The notes: a model not told the origin generated them from the letters alone. A stretch of 64,000 nt of DNA from an uncultured Syntrophaceae bacterium (GCA_964390545.1 CAYMJV010000001.1:30282-94281); one strand, 5' to 3'. Counted from the first letter of the stretch, positions 9,667 to 20,911 are shown. Numbers and translations: made by a program.

Positions 9667-10635
9667 TCACAGATGGCAGGCCACATAATGGCCATTTCCA
9701 ATGTCGGTTAATGGAGGGATGGTTTCCTCACATTCCTTCTTTCGGTGTGGGCAACGGGTGTGAAAATGACAACCCGGAGGAGGACGCATAGGGCTCGGGA
9801 CATCTCCTTCCAGGATGATCCTCTTCTTGGTGATGTTGGGATCGGGCACAGGAATCGCAGAAAGGAGCGCCACCGTATAGGGATGGACAGGTGAGGTGTA
9901 GAGCTCTTTGTCTCTTGCGAGCTCCACAATTCTCCCCAGGTACATCACTGCAATCCGATCACAGATATGTTCTACAACAGCAAGATCATGGGCAATGATG
10001 ATATAAGAAAGTTTGAATTCCTTCTGGATATCCTCCAAGAGGTTGATCACCTGGGCTTGGATCGAGACATCGAGAGCGGACACAGGTTCATCCCCGATGA
10101 TCAGTTTCGGGTTGAGAGCAAGGGCCCTGGCAATTCCAATCCTCTGTCTCTGACCACCGCTGAACTCATGGGGGTAACGTCGGGCGTGCTCGGGGCTGAG
10201 ACCGACTTTCTGGAGAAGATAGGCAATGCGTTCCTTCCTCTCTTTCTTGCCGGCAATGTTGAAGACATCCAAGGGCTCTCCGATAATCTGCTCCACTGTT
10301 CTCCGGGGGTCGAGTGAAGCATAAGGGTCCTGAAAAACAATCTGCATATCTCTCCGGATCGAACGCATCTCCTTGTGGTCAAGTTTGCAGACATCCTTCC
10401 CTTCGAAGAGTATTTCTCCCTCGGTAGGCTCAATCAACCTCAAAATGGCTCGGGCAGTGGTCGACTTTCCGCAACCGCTTTCTCCCACTAATCCAAAACT
10501 CTCTCCTTCGTTGAGAAAGAAGTTTACTCCATCCACGGCATAGACATAGCCAATGGCCTTGGAGAAGATTCCTCCCTTGATAGGGAAGTACTTCTTAAGA
10601 TTTCTTACTTCAAGTAAAGGTTCTGTCATCATCAA
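9667..10635 (-). CDS. Oligopeptide/dipeptide-type ABC transporter ATP-binding protein (OppF/DppF-like)
   Basis: Walker [18 protein letters not shown] signature and an Opp-type C-terminal Cys-rich extension. Confidence 0.85.
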   Translation of the reverse strand: MMMTEPLLEVRNLKKYFPIKGGIFSKAIGYVYAVDGVNFFLNEGESFGLVGESGCGKSTTARAILRLIEPTEGEILFEGKDVCKLDHKEMRSIRRDMQIVFQDPYASLDPRRTVEQIIGEPLDVFNIAGKKERKERIAYLLQKVGLSPEHARRYPHEFSGGQRQRIGIARALALNPKLIIGDEPVSALDVSIQAQVINLLEDIQKEFKLSYIIIAHDLAVVEHICDRIAVMYLGRIVELARDKELYTSPVHPYTVALLSAIPVPDPNITKKRIILEGDVPSPMRPPPGCHFHTRCPHRKKECEETIPPLTDIGNGHYVACHL

Positions 10636-10672
10636 TTATCAATGGTCAATGATCAATGGTCATTGGTAAATG

Positions 10673-11665
10673 TTAAGTTTTGAGCTCTGTGAGCCAGCAA
10701 GAGCTGAAATGACCTGTTTCGATTTCTTTGAGCTGAGGCTCTTTCTCTTTGCAGATGTCCATCACGGAGGGGCATCTTGTTGAAAATTTACAACCTGAAG
10801 GAAGTTCGTAGAGACCGGGAACGACCCCTGGTATCTCATTCAAGCGAACTTTTCCACGACGGATCTTATCCCCTAAAATTGGGATGGATTTGAGCAGACC
10901 CATAGTGTAGGGATGTTGGGGGTTTCCAAAAAGGGTTTTCGTCTCTGCCTCTTCCACAATCTTACCTGCATACATGACGATGACCCGTTTTACCGTCTCT
11001 GCGATCACCCCTAAGTTGTGTGTGATGAGGATGATGGCCATTCCCAGTTCCTCTTTCAGTTTGTTCATCAGGTCGAGAATCTGAGCCTGAATGGTTACAT
11101 CCAGCGCCGTCGTCGGTTCATCAGCAATCAGGATCTCCGGATTACAAGCAAGGGCCATGGCGATCATCACCCTCTGTCTCATCCCGCCGCTCAACTCATG
11201 GGGGTAACGCTCCACGCATCTCTCTGGGGAGGCAATATTGACCAGTCTAAGCATCTCGATACTTTTTTCGAGGGCCTCTTTCTTAGATAAGCCCTGATGC
11301 AATCGGAAAGTCTCCTGAATTTGATTTCCGACTGTAAAGACGGGATTGAGGGAGGTCATGGGTTCCTGGAAGATCATCGAAATTCGATTTCCCCGAATCT
11401 TTCTCATCTCATCCTCTGAAAGTTCCAAGAGATTTCTCCCTTTAAACAGAATTTCCCCACCCACGACTTTACCTGGAGGAACTGGGATGAGGCGAAGGAT
11501 CGACAGAGCCGTGACGCTCTTCCCACATCCGGATTCCCCCACCACACCTAAAGGTTCCCCTTTAGCCAGTTGGTAGCTAATACCATCAACGGCCTTTGCA
11601 ACGCCTTCATAGGTGAAGAAGTAGGTCTTCAGATCCTTAATTTCAAGAATGGCCTGGTCATTCAT
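10673..11665 (-). CDS. Oligopeptide/dipeptide-type ABC transporter ATP-binding protein (OppD/DppD-like)
   Basis: Walker [18 protein letters not shown] signature and an Opp C-terminal domain. The start is ambiguous; an alternative ATG lies at 11701. Confidence 0.8.
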   Translation of the reverse strand: MNDQAILEIKDLKTYFFTYEGVAKAVDGISYQLAKGEPLGVVGESGCGKSVTALSILRLIPVPPGKVVGGEILFKGRNLLELSEDEMRKIRGNRISMIFQEPMTSLNPVFTVGNQIQETFRLHQGLSKKEALEKSIEMLRLVNIASPERCVERYPHELSGGMRQRVMIAMALACNPEILIADEPTTALDVTIQAQILDLMNKLKEELGMAIILITHNLGVIAETVKRVIVMYAGKIVEEAETKTLFGNPQHPYTMGLLKSIPILGDKIRRGKVRLNEIPGVVPGLYELPSGCKFSTRCPSVMDICKEKEPQLKEIETGHFSSCWLTELKT

Positions 11666-11724
11666 GCCAAACGAATTCCCCTTCCAGAAATGCGGTTTCA
11701 AAATAGTCTAAGTTTCGCCGATTT

Positions 11725-13752
11725 TCAAATGTTATTTTCTCGCGATGTTTGGGATAGGCCATCTGAATACATCCTGGGATTTCCCATCCCCTGGGCGATG
11801 ATCACTTTCTCAATGAAGATGGAATCTCCCCCAGGGGTAGTAGCCCAGCTCTCTTTCTCGTCGAAGAAGACTTCCACTTCTTCAGCCCCCGCCTCCTTTG
11901 CTTTTTGGAGAGTAATTTCGCGAAGACGCTTCTTCCCTTCCTCGGTTGCCTCTCCAAGATCATTGTAGAAGGCCATCCTTGAGGAGGGGTAGAGGCGAAA
12001 TCCTCTCTCGAAGGGTTTGATGAGGAGTTCTTCTTTGATGACGATGGCACTCGTAATGGCGCCTACCGCATTGGCGACCCCGGCATAAAATGGAATCACT
12101 GCCTGAGTGCCCAGCTTCTCAGCCACAGAAGGAAGAAAGGCATGGGCAGGCGCTCCAATCCCGATGATCTTATCTCTGAGGTTCACTTTAAACTGAATGC
12201 CCTCGATCGATGCTCCCCGGCGAAAAGATTGGTCTAAGAAAAGGCGGGAGAACTCGCATTCATCCAATCCCTTTTTTGAGTCGATCGATTCGGACAGAAT
12301 GAGTTCAAGGATCTGAAGGCCCATGGTCCGATCCATGGTCTCTTCCAATTTCTGAATGAGGGTGGAAAGTTCAACCCTCGATCGATCACAGAGAATACGG
12401 ATTCCCCGCTCCGCAGCCTCTCTGTCCCAGGCCTGGAAAATCCCTGTTACGTGGAGGATGTCAGTTGGAGTAAGTCCACTCTTCTGAATCAGGTTACGCC
12501 TTTCTAAATAGGAGACTCTCCTCTGCACTTCGGCCGGGGACCGACCTGTTGGTCTAAATAGTTGAAACAGGGAGAGGGGTTTATCCGTCACCTCTGAAAG
12601 GATCTCCTCTGTGAGGTGATCCAGTCCATTTTCTGTCCTTCTTCCTATCCGAATCCAAAACTCCGCATCATTTCTCCAAGAAGGAAGGCTTCGGTCCTCA
12701 TAAATCCGTATCAATTCTTCATGAATGTTTGCATGACAGTACCCTAAATAAGAAAGAGGAATGACCCTCTTCGGTCCGACCCGCAGATCCCCTCCGTCAT
12801 CAATCGTGATCTGGCTGTCCCCTCCAAGGGCAATGGTCCGCATATCGATCGCAATGACGTTTGTCTGCCAGTTCCCAACCCTTGCCCCCTTTGGATTAAG
12901 CCGAGGAAGTCCACCTCTGAGCAGGGCGATATCCGTGGTCGTCCCTCCGATATCCGTAATCACTGCATTCTGAGTTTCTCCAGATTGCTCCAGTAAGTAT
13001 TTGGCTCCAATCACACTTGCAGCAGGTCCCGATAGGATCGTCTCAATAGGTCGATCCTGGATAACAGATTCGCTCATCAGGCTTCCATCTCCCTTCACGA
13101 TCATCAGAGGTGCAGCGATGTTCTCTCTTCGAAATTCGCGTTTCACAGAATCAATCAATTGATGGATGATGGGGATGAGATGGGCATTGAGGATGGCAGT
13201 GGTGGCCCGTTTGACGGCATCCAATTGGAGGGAGATTTCGTGGCCACAGACAACCGGTTTCCCTATCTTCTCTTGAATGAGACGCTTTACACGAAGTTCA
13301 TGATCTGGATTCCGAACGCTGAAATAGCCGCAGACGGCATAAGCCTCGATTTCGTCTTTTGTCTTGTGCAAGACTGCTTTCACCCGATCAAGATCCAACG
13401 GTTCCTTCTCTTCACCCTGCACGGTATGTCCCCCAGGGATTAAAACAACTTCTTCTTTCAGCCCGGACGGGCATTCATCAGGCCCATAGCCGATGAGGAT
13501 ACCACAGACTCTGCGCCTCACCCCCTCTACGATGGAGTTGGTAGCTAAAGTGGTAGATAGGGAAACCAACGAAATCTTGGGGAAGTAGATTCTGTCCAAA
13601 CGTTTAAGAACATCATCGATACCCTTAGAGAGATCATCTTTGGTGGTAGGTGCCTTTGCAAAGGAGAGAACTTTTCTCTCACTGAGATCAATGAGAACTG
13701 CATCAGTATTGGTTCCTCCAACATCGATGCCCAGCCCGATATTTGAACTCAT
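11725..13752 (-). CDS. Hydantoinase/oxoprolinase-family (HyuA-like, ASKHA fold) protein
   Basis: N-terminus LGIDVGGTNTDAVLID is the hydantoinase_A N-terminal motif, and the 675 aa length fits A-type subunits. No B-subunit gene is adjacent. Confidence 0.75.
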   Translation of the reverse strand: MSSNIGLGIDVGGTNTDAVLIDLSERKVLSFAKAPTTKDDLSKGIDDVLKRLDRIYFPKISLVSLSTTLATNSIVEGVRRRVCGILIGYGPDECPSGLKEEVVLIPGGHTVQGEEKEPLDLDRVKAVLHKTKDEIEAYAVCGYFSVRNPDHELRVKRLIQEKIGKPVVCGHEISLQLDAVKRATTAILNAHLIPIIHQLIDSVKREFRRENIAAPLMIVKGDGSLMSESVIQDRPIETILSGPAASVIGAKYLLEQSGETQNAVITDIGGTTTDIALLRGGLPRLNPKGARVGNWQTNVIAIDMRTIALGGDSQITIDDGGDLRVGPKRVIPLSYLGYCHANIHEELIRIYEDRSLPSWRNDAEFWIRIGRRTENGLDHLTEEILSEVTDKPLSLFQLFRPTGRSPAEVQRRVSYLERRNLIQKSGLTPTDILHVTGIFQAWDREAAERGIRILCDRSRVELSTLIQKLEETMDRTMGLQILELILSESIDSKKGLDECEFSRLFLDQSFRRGASIEGIQFKVNLRDKIIGIGAPAHAFLPSVAEKLGTQAVIPFYAGVANAVGAITSAIVIKEELLIKPFERGFRLYPSSRMAFYNDLGEATEEGKKRLREITLQKAKEAGAEEVEVFFDEKESWATTPGGDSIFIEKVIIAQGMGNPRMYSDGLSQTSRENNI

Positions 13753-13862
13753 TTCGAAGACTCCAGCAAAAAAGATAGCGACATAACGAAATTACATCTC
13801 TATAGGCAACTCTTTTCTCTATCGATGGGATAGGATATCTAGTCCAACAGGGAAGATTCTAT

Positions 13863-14501
13863 CTACCCCCGACCAATCAATTCCCGGGCCTTTTCCACAG
13901 CACTTGCCGCCTCTGGGGCATAAGCATCTGCCCCGACATCCTTAGCAAATTTCTCAGTCACAGGTGCTCCTCCCACCATCACTTTCACCCTGCCTCGAAC
14001 CCCTGCCTCAACGAGAGATTCAATGACTTCCTTCATCTTCGGCATCGTTGTCGTCAGAAGGGAGGAGAGGCCCAAGATGTTCGGTCGATTCATTTTCACT
14101 GCCTCAACAAATCTCTCTGAAGGAACATCAATTCCCAGATCGATTACCTGAAATCCCGCTCCTTCCATCAACATTCCCACTAAATTCTTGCCAATATCAT
14201 GAAGATCCCCTTTGACGGCACCCAGAACAATCTTCCCGGCAAGCTTTACCCCTGTCTCAATCAATTTCGGACGCAATATATCCATTCCGGCCTGCATCGC
14301 CCTAGCCGAGATCAGGACCTCCGGCATGAAGAATTCATCTCTGCGAAATTTCTCTCCGACCACATCCATTCCGGCAACAAGTCCATTGCTCAGAATCTTT
14401 GACGGGGGAACATTCGCATTCAGTGCTTCCTGGACCAATTTGGGCATTTCCTGGTAATTTCCTTTCTGAAGCTCTTCAGAGATCTTTTGCAGCAGTTCCA
14501 T
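13863..14501 (-). CDS. Cobalamin-binding corrinoid protein (MtmC/MttC/MtgC-like)
   Basis: B12-binding DxHxxG motif (GDLHDIGKN) with the C-terminal Rossmann-like B12 domain. A preceding helical cap domain is present. RBS AAAGGAGAGG lies before the ATG at 14501. Confidence 0.8.
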   Translation of the reverse strand: MELLQKISEELQKGNYQEMPKLVQEALNANVPPSKILSNGLVAGMDVVGEKFRRDEFFMPEVLISARAMQAGMDILRPKLIETGVKLAGKIVLGAVKGDLHDIGKNLVGMLMEGAGFQVIDLGIDVPSERFVEAVKMNRPNILGLSSLLTTTMPKMKEVIESLVEAGVRGRVKVMVGGAPVTEKFAKDVGADAYAPEAASAVEKARELIGRG

Positions 14502-14607
14502 CTCTTCCTCTCCTTTTCGCATTAGATTGTATTACCCTGGATCCTTGATTATTGAGACCACTACGCTCCTGAACACTATAGGCAGAGCATAACAAATCTT
14601 ATTAACA

Positions 14608-16044
14608 CTACGGTCTTATTTCCGGAAACATCTTCTTCAACTGATCATTTAACTCTTTCGGTAGGCCCAACGGCTTGTGATCCCTGAGGATCGCCTTGGC
14701 GATCGCTCTGGCCTTTTCCTCCACAGAGGCTCTTCCCGATTTCTCCCAATTGACCCTTAGTTGCCGGTCGCTCAATTTAGGGGTAAAGTGTTCCCTGCGC
14801 ATCCATTGTACCGTGTGATGATCACACAGAAAATTTCCACCGGGACCCACTCTACGGTAAGCATCCAGAGCAATGGTCTCTTCCGAAACTTCAATCCCTC
14901 GGACAGCTCTCATGACCATCCCTATGATCTCGTCATCGATTACATACTGTTTATAGCTGGCAGTGCTTGCAAACTCCACCAATCCAGCCGCATCATGGAT
15001 GAAATTGGAACCCGAGAGGGCCACCAGCACATTGGTGATCGCTTTTTCATAGCCATTTTGGGTATCTACGATCTTGGAGTCAGACATTCCAGCCGTCGTA
15101 TAATTAGGCAGATTCACATACTGGGCCATGGCGGCTGCCCCTGCATTAATTAATCCCATTTCCACCGATCCGCTCACATAGCCCATCGTCTTTAAATCCG
15201 TGGAGGTGGCTGTGCAGGCATAGAGGACCGGGGTACCAGGGTTAACCAGTTGCGTGAGCACAACGCCACTTAAAGTCTCAGCATGGAGACCGGTGAGAAG
15301 GCCTGCGATCGTCACCGGTGCGGTTGCACCCGTCAGAGGCTCTGCTGGAATGGCAACGGGCATCCCAGCCCGAGCAATGTGACAGAGGATATCGCCATAG
15401 AGATCATCAATCTTAAGAGGGCTGACCACACAGGTGATGAACGAGATGAACGGCCTCTCCCTTAAGGCTTTGGGGCTTCCTGCAATGATCTCCCCCATCT
15501 TGATGATATCGAGAGTTCCTTTAAGCGTGTAGATCCCTCCCATGAGGTGTTTTGAGCAGTTCAGGATCGATGAGTGAAATCGATTGATGTCCACCTCCTG
15601 AGGCGGAAGCTCATTGGGATAAACGGGAAGAACCATAAAATGGATATTTTCCAAGGCATCACACAAGCGTGCAATATCCCGCACATCCTTCAAAAGGGTT
15701 GGACGTTTCTCATTGGTTTCGAGATCGATCACATTCAGGACCGTCCCTCCTGTTCCGAGATAGACATTCTTTCCTTCACAATAGAGGTCATGCTTCTCTT
15801 CCCTGCCACAAAGGACAACTTTCTTTGGTGCTTTATCGATTGTATCCTCGACCATTGATCTCGATAATTTAACGAGTTTCTTTGAAGTGTCGCATCCCGC
15901 CCCATGTTTCTGAAACGCTTCGAAAGCTAACTTGCTATGAACTTCCACCCCAATTTCCGAGAGAAGGGTAAGGGCAGATTCGTGAATTTTGCGAATGCCT
16001 TCATTCGTCAGAGGTCGGTATTGACCACCAGCGATCGGTTTCAT
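14608..16044 (-). CDS. MttB-superfamily methyltransferase (non-pyrrolysine; substrate:corrinoid methyltransferase), copy 1
   Basis: MttB-family blocks (YLGTGG, DLETNEKRP, LCDALENIHF). Uninterrupted ORF with no in-frame TAG. RBS AAAGGAG lies before the ATG at 16044. Confidence 0.8.
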   Translation of the reverse strand: MKPIAGGQYRPLTNEGIRKIHESALTLLSEIGVEVHSKLAFEAFQKHGAGCDTSKKLVKLSRSMVEDTIDKAPKKVVLCGREEKHDLYCEGKNVYLGTGGTVLNVIDLETNEKRPTLLKDVRDIARLCDALENIHFMVLPVYPNELPPQEVDINRFHSSILNCSKHLMGGIYTLKGTLDIIKMGEIIAGSPKALRERPFISFITCVVSPLKIDDLYGDILCHIARAGMPVAIPAEPLTGATAPVTIAGLLTGLHAETLSGVVLTQLVNPGTPVLYACTATSTDLKTMGYVSGSVEMGLINAGAAAMAQYVNLPNYTTAGMSDSKIVDTQNGYEKAITNVLVALSGSNFIHDAAGLVEFASTASYKQYVIDDEIIGMVMRAVRGIEVSEETIALDAYRRVGPGGNFLCDHHTVQWMRREHFTPKLSDRQLRVNWEKSGRASVEEKARAIAKAILRDHKPLGLPKELNDQLKKMFPEIRP

Positions 16045-16108
16045 TTTTTCTCCTTTCTTTTTGTGCACCCCTAATGCCGAAGAGAATCCTCTTGATGGGT
16101 CTCTTCTC

Positions 16109-17545
16109 TTAGAGCCGTATATCAAACCGCTTCCGGATCTCCTGGTCGGTTTCTACATCAAGTCCTTTGGGCAAGTGGGTTTTAAGTATTTCCCTCGCCT
16201 TCCTTCGGGCCCTTTCGCGACCGTCAAGAGATCCTGAATTTTCCCAGGTCTCCCTAGTCTGACGGTCTCCGAGCGTTTGTCGAAAATATTCCTGTCTCAT
16301 AAATTTGATAGTATGCATGGAAGAAAGGAAGTTCCCAGAAGGTCCCACTTCTCGAAGGGCCTCCAATCCCAAGGTCTCGCTGTCAATCTGGATCCCTTTG
16401 AGGAGACGGAGGGCCATCCCGATGATCTCATCGTCAATCACAAACTGCTCGTAAGCAACCGCTCTCATTGATTCCAACATACCGGCGGCATGGTGAATGT
16501 AATTTGAGCCTGCCAATACACAGAGGCAGACCGAGTACGCCTTCTCATAACCTGCCTGGATATCAGGGAGCTTCGATTCGGTAAGGCCAGCGGAATTATA
16601 ATTGGGAACTTGAATCGATTGAGCCATTTGAGAGATTGCTGCATTCATCAATCCAAACTCGATGCCTCCTCCCACATAACCCATTGTTTTTAAATCGGCC
16701 ATGGAAGGGATGGCACCATAGAGAACCGGAGAACCAGGGTTCGCCAGTTGTGTAAAAACGATTCCAGACAGTTGTTCAGCATGCACCTGAGCTAACGTCC
16801 CGGCCAATGTGACTGGAGAGGTTGAACCTGCCATAGGAGCTGAAGAGAGAGCTACCGGGATCTTATTTCTTATAATTTCTAGTAAGACTCGGGTTGTTTC
16901 TGTCGCAAAATGTAAAGGGCTGATCATCCAACTTGTGACAAAGGAGATAATCGGTCTCTTCACTAAGGCCTCTTTCCCTCCTGCGATCATCTGGGCCATT
17001 TCGATCACATCTCTGGCTGTTTGAACAGATTGGGCAGCTGCCATGACATGTTTGGTCGTATTAGAAAGGGAGGCATAAAACTGGTTGATGTCCATCACCT
17101 CTTTAGGAATGTCCTGAGGAATACAGGGTCGAAGGTAGAAATGGACGTTCTCCAATGCATCGACAAGCTTTGCAAGCTGTCCGATATCTTTTAACACTCC
17201 GGGCCTTGCCTTTCCTGTTCCCAAATCGAGGATAGTCAACGCAGCCCCCCCTGTTCCCAAATAGACCCTCTTATCTTCAAGGATCAGATCATTCTTTTCT
17301 TCTTGACCTGCCATCAAGAATTTGTGAGGAACAAGTTTCAGGCCCTCTTCAACAAGTGATGCCGGGATGCGAACGATCACTCCTTCGATCTTTGCCCCAT
17401 GTTTCTTAAAAACCTGCAGGGCTTCTTCTAACTCCACCTTGACCCCAATCTCTTCAAGAATTTTGAGAGACGTTTGATGAATTTTATTAACGTCTTGTTC
17501 GTTTAAAGGCCTAAACTGTCCTCCCACTAACGCTTTCACATTCAT
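16109..17545 (-). CDS. MttB-superfamily methyltransferase (non-pyrrolysine), copy 2 (paralogue of copy 1)
   Basis: Same blocks as copy 1 (YLGTGGAALTILDLGTGKARP; LVDALENVHF). The two copies are about 45% identical by eye. No in-frame TAG. Confidence 0.8.
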   Translation of the reverse strand: MNVKALVGGQFRPLNEQDVNKIHQTSLKILEEIGVKVELEEALQVFKKHGAKIEGVIVRIPASLVEEGLKLVPHKFLMAGQEEKNDLILEDKRVYLGTGGAALTILDLGTGKARPGVLKDIGQLAKLVDALENVHFYLRPCIPQDIPKEVMDINQFYASLSNTTKHVMAAAQSVQTARDVIEMAQMIAGGKEALVKRPIISFVTSWMISPLHFATETTRVLLEIIRNKIPVALSSAPMAGSTSPVTLAGTLAQVHAEQLSGIVFTQLANPGSPVLYGAIPSMADLKTMGYVGGGIEFGLMNAAISQMAQSIQVPNYNSAGLTESKLPDIQAGYEKAYSVCLCVLAGSNYIHHAAGMLESMRAVAYEQFVIDDEIIGMALRLLKGIQIDSETLGLEALREVGPSGNFLSSMHTIKFMRQEYFRQTLGDRQTRETWENSGSLDGRERARRKAREILKTHLPKGLDVETDQEIRKRFDIRL

Positions 17546-17586
17546 CCTCCTGCAGATTTAATATGATAGACCATATCATATTTTTT

Positions 17587-18924
17587 CTATTTCAAAAATT
17601 TGATCAGATCTTTAATATGGTAATCTTCAAAATTCTTGACTATTCCAATTAACGTATGGATCTGTTTTTCGCTTAATATGTTCTTGGTAATGTTAATAAA
17701 CTTATCTTCTAATTCCTGCTCAGATAAAGGATAATCAAAATCCCCTCTGGCGGAAATCAAACCCGAATGATATTCCTTTCCCTGATTCGTAATCATCTCT
17801 ATTTCAGCCATGCACTGCTCAGGAAACCTCTTCTGTATCTTCGGATCCTCAATGAGGGAAATCTTCTTCATCAATTGAAGGATCTCTTTTTTATTAAAAT
17901 ATCTTTCTTCCAAATATTTGGGTATAAATTCTTTGTAAATGGCTGCAACAGCAACGGGATAGACAACATTATATTCTGCATTTTCTAAACTGGTTGGTGG
18001 TGTTGAATAAAGGCTTACAGCCTCAGAAATAGTTTTGACGTTGATGCTAGAGATTTCCTTATAAGTCAAATTTTCTTGCTCCATTATTTTCAATACGCCA
18101 TCAATGGCCGGGTGGGCCCATCTGCAGCAAGGATACCTCTTGAAATAAACCTTCATTATTTTATACTTTTTACCTAAGGTAAAAACATCTTTATTTCTTT
18201 TTGAATCCCCTAAAAGGCTGGGACTTCCCGTAAAACCTTTTTGAGCCAAGAAGGCAGCACTGGTTCCAACCATCGCTCCCCAGGCTATTCCATCTTTCGG
18301 TGCCATAGCAGGATGTTCTACGGCTCGAATCTCAGGGACAAGCGGGGCATAAGCCTCGGCAATGCCAAGGGCATTCTTCGTCTCCAATTCAGAAAGACCT
18401 AACAATTTTGCAGCCCCTGCAGCTGAACCGATGGCACCCCAAGAGCCTGAGCCATGATAAAAGCCATAATGGGAGTGCAAAATTTCACCGGCCCGAATCC
18501 CAATTTCATAACCGAGGATTAAGGCCTCAAGTAGCTGTTTCCCAGTGGCTCCTATCTTTTCTGAAACGGCTAAGATCGTAGGGAAAACAGCGGTTCCTGG
18601 ATGCCCTTTCACTTTCCGGTAACCATCATCAATGTCCAGGGCATTGGCGATAAATCCATTAATTAAAGAGGCCGCAACACAGGATAATTTTTTATTAGCC
18701 CTAATGATTGTGGCTTCTCTTGAACCGTTCACCTCTCGAGAAGAAAAATCGGACAAAATCTTTGCGCCTTTAACTTCAGCTCCTGCTAAACTCGCACCCA
18801 CTAAATCTAATAGGCATATTTTTGCTTGTCTTAATATTTTTGGTGGAACATCTCTAAATTTCAGAGTATGAATGAATTTTACTGCATATTCATTGCCATC
18901 CATTTTTTTACAAAACACCTCCAT
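17587..18924 (-). CDS. MmgE/PrpD-family protein (2-methylcitrate dehydratase superfamily)
   Basis: Length of about 445 aa and PrpD-type N-terminal helical-domain motifs. An alternative start lies at 18903. Confidence 0.65.
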   Translation of the reverse strand: MEVFCKKMDGNEYAVKFIHTLKFRDVPPKILRQAKICLLDLVGASLAGAEVKGAKILSDFSSREVNGSREATIIRANKKLSCVAASLINGFIANALDIDDGYRKVKGHPGTAVFPTILAVSEKIGATGKQLLEALILGYEIGIRAGEILHSHYGFYHGSGSWGAIGSAAGAAKLLGLSELETKNALGIAEAYAPLVPEIRAVEHPAMAPKDGIAWGAMVGTSAAFLAQKGFTGSPSLLGDSKRNKDVFTLGKKYKIMKVYFKRYPCCRWAHPAIDGVLKIMEQENLTYKEISSINVKTISEAVSLYSTPPTSLENAEYNVVYPVAVAAIYKEFIPKYLEERYFNKKEILQLMKKISLIEDPKIQKRFPEQCMAEIEMITNQGKEYHSGLISARGDFDYPLSEQELEDKFINITKNILSEKQIHTLIGIVKNFEDYHIKDLIKFLK

Positions 18925-18984
18925 TTTAAGAATTAGCTTTTCTCCGTGCTGTAGAAATATTGATGGTCCTCAAATCCCTGCAAT

Positions 18985-19839
18985 TTAGGCTCCTCGAAGT
19001 TTAGGATCAGTAATATCACGAATCCCATCTCCAAGCATGTTAAAAGAGAGGATGGTGATGAGAATACTTAACCCTGAAAAAATAGAGATCCAGGGAGCAT
19101 TGATGAGCACATCCACACCCTCCCGAGTCATATTTCCCCAAGTCGGCGTAGGCGGTTGAACGCCTAATCCGATAAATGCCAGATTGGCCTCGAGTCGAAT
19201 GGCTTCCCCTACCCAAAGTGTACTGGCAACAAACAGGTCACCAAAGATATTGGGGAATATATGGTAGACAAGAATCCTGGGTGTGCCTGCCCCTACGGCT
19301 TTGGCGGCAACCACATATTCGCTTTCTTTCAGCGATAAGATAATTCCATGAGCTAAGCGGGCGAACCTTGGAACCATGACAATGCCGATCGTAATAATCA
19401 GGTTTAAAAGATTAGCCCCCAAGGCAGCCGTCACAGCGATCGCTAGGATGAGATCAGGAAAACACATGACGACATCAATTGATCTCATGATCAGGCTCTC
19501 TGGTTTTCCGCCATAATAGCCGGCGATCATGCCCATCATCGTTCCCAGCAGCATCCCCAGTAGAACGGAAGCACTCCCGATCAGAAGTGATACCCGGCTG
19601 CCCCAAATAATTCTTGAAAGAACATCTCGACCAAAATCATCCGTCCCTAACCAGTGTTCAGAACTGCTCCCGGCCAAACGATAAAAAGGATCCTGTTTCA
19701 AGGGATCGAATGGTGAAATCCAGGGAGCCAAAATGGCAACAGAAATGATGCATAGAGCAATGACACCACCGGCGAGAGCAGTTTTATTCCTTGAAAAAGT
19801 GAACCATAACCTTTGACTTTGAGAGATCTCTTTCGTCAT
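18985..19839 (-). CDS. ABC transporter permease, OppC/DppC-like
   Basis: Close paralogue of the 1734..2582 product (WLGTDDFGRDVLSRIIWGSR). Confidence 0.85.
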   Translation of the reverse strand: MTKEISQSQRLWFTFSRNKTALAGGVIALCIISVAILAPWISPFDPLKQDPFYRLAGSSSEHWLGTDDFGRDVLSRIIWGSRVSLLIGSASVLLGMLLGTMMGMIAGYYGGKPESLIMRSIDVVMCFPDLILAIAVTAALGANLLNLIITIGIVMVPRFARLAHGIILSLKESEYVVAAKAVGAGTPRILVYHIFPNIFGDLFVASTLWVGEAIRLEANLAFIGLGVQPPTPTWGNMTREGVDVLINAPWISIFSGLSILITILSFNMLGDGIRDITDPKLRGA

Positions 19840-19869
19840 TCCTTGCTCTTCGGCTGAATTCCTATATGG

Positions 19870-20811
19870 CTAACGATACTGAATTCGAGGATCGATTAAA
19901 CCGTAGATCAAGTCTGTCATCAGGTTCAAGATCACAACAATCACCGAATAAAACACCATGACCGATTGAAGGGTTGTATAATCTCTCTGTTTGATGGTCC
20001 CCACCATGAGGCTCCCTAAACCCGGTCTGGAAAAGACAATTTCAGTCATTACGGATGAACCGATGAGCACCACAGCATAAACCCCTCCAAGGGCAACAAT
20101 CGGAATCAGCGCATTGCGTAAGGCATGCTTGAAAAGGACCACCTGTTCTGAGATCCCTTTTGACCGGGCGGTACGGATGTAATCTTCCCGCAGGATATTC
20201 AGTAGAGAAGACCGGGTCATTCGAGTGACGTAGGCCGTCATAATTAACCCGAGGGAGAGGGCTGGCAGAAAAAGATGACGGAGGTTACTCGATAGACTCG
20301 AAAGATCGCCTCCTCCCACGACGGGAAAAAGTCTGAATTTAATCGAGAAGACCAACATCAAAAGAATCCCTAAATAAAAAGCGGGAATCGAAAGACCTGT
20401 CAATGAAAATATTCGATTGAAATAATCAATAAAACTATTCCTTCGAACTGCCGCTGGGATCCCTAAAGGAATTCCAAAAAGAAACCCGAGCAATATGGCG
20501 CTAAAGGTCAATTCCAAGGTATAAGGAAGGACTTTTAGGAGTTGAGTACCCACTGGGTAACCAGTAATGATGGAAGTCCCGAGTTTCCCCTGGCAGAGGT
20601 TACCAAGAAATCGGAGGTATTGAAGCCAAAGCGGCGCATTGAGCCCCATCTTTTCTCGGAGGGCATTCACAGTCTCCTTGCTTGCATAATCTCCAAGGGC
20701 TGCCACCGCAGGATCACCGGGTAGTACTCGTACAACAATAAAAACCAAAGTTAAAACAACAAGAAGAATGGGAATGCTTTGGAGGATTCTACGGACTACA
20801 TAATTAAACAT
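19870..20811 (-). CDS. ABC transporter permease, OppB/DppB-like
   Basis: Paralogue of the 784..1725 product (VLPGDPAVAALGDYASKE). Confidence 0.85.
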   Translation of the reverse strand: MFNYVVRRILQSIPILLVVLTLVFIVVRVLPGDPAVAALGDYASKETVNALREKMGLNAPLWLQYLRFLGNLCQGKLGTSIITGYPVGTQLLKVLPYTLELTFSAILLGFLFGIPLGIPAAVRRNSFIDYFNRIFSLTGLSIPAFYLGILLMLVFSIKFRLFPVVGGGDLSSLSSNLRHLFLPALSLGLIMTAYVTRMTRSSLLNILREDYIRTARSKGISEQVVLFKHALRNALIPIVALGGVYAVVLIGSSVMTEIVFSRPGLGSLMVGTIKQRDYTTLQSVMVFYSVIVVILNLMTDLIYGLIDPRIQYR

Positions 20812-20911
20812 AAATTGAATGCCCTAAGAGAAACTCACCCCATCCCTGAAAGGAAAAGGGATGGGGTGAGTGGAAATGAAGTAGAAGGGATCAAATCTTT
20901 AGATCCTTATA

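Noticed and set aside
11725-13752. Calling the hydantoinase-family protein a RamA/RACE-type corrinoid reductive activase
   Set aside because: It has the hydantoinase_A N-terminal signature and no Cys-rich ferredoxin-like Fe-S motifs expected of RamA (COG3894). The activase idea is kept only as a hypothesis in the findings.
14608-17545. Possibility that the MttB homologues are pyrrolysine-containing trimethylamine methyltransferases
   Set aside because: Both genes are single uninterrupted ORFs with no in-frame amber codon, and no pylTSBCD genes are present in the window. They are therefore treated as non-Pyl MttB-superfamily members.
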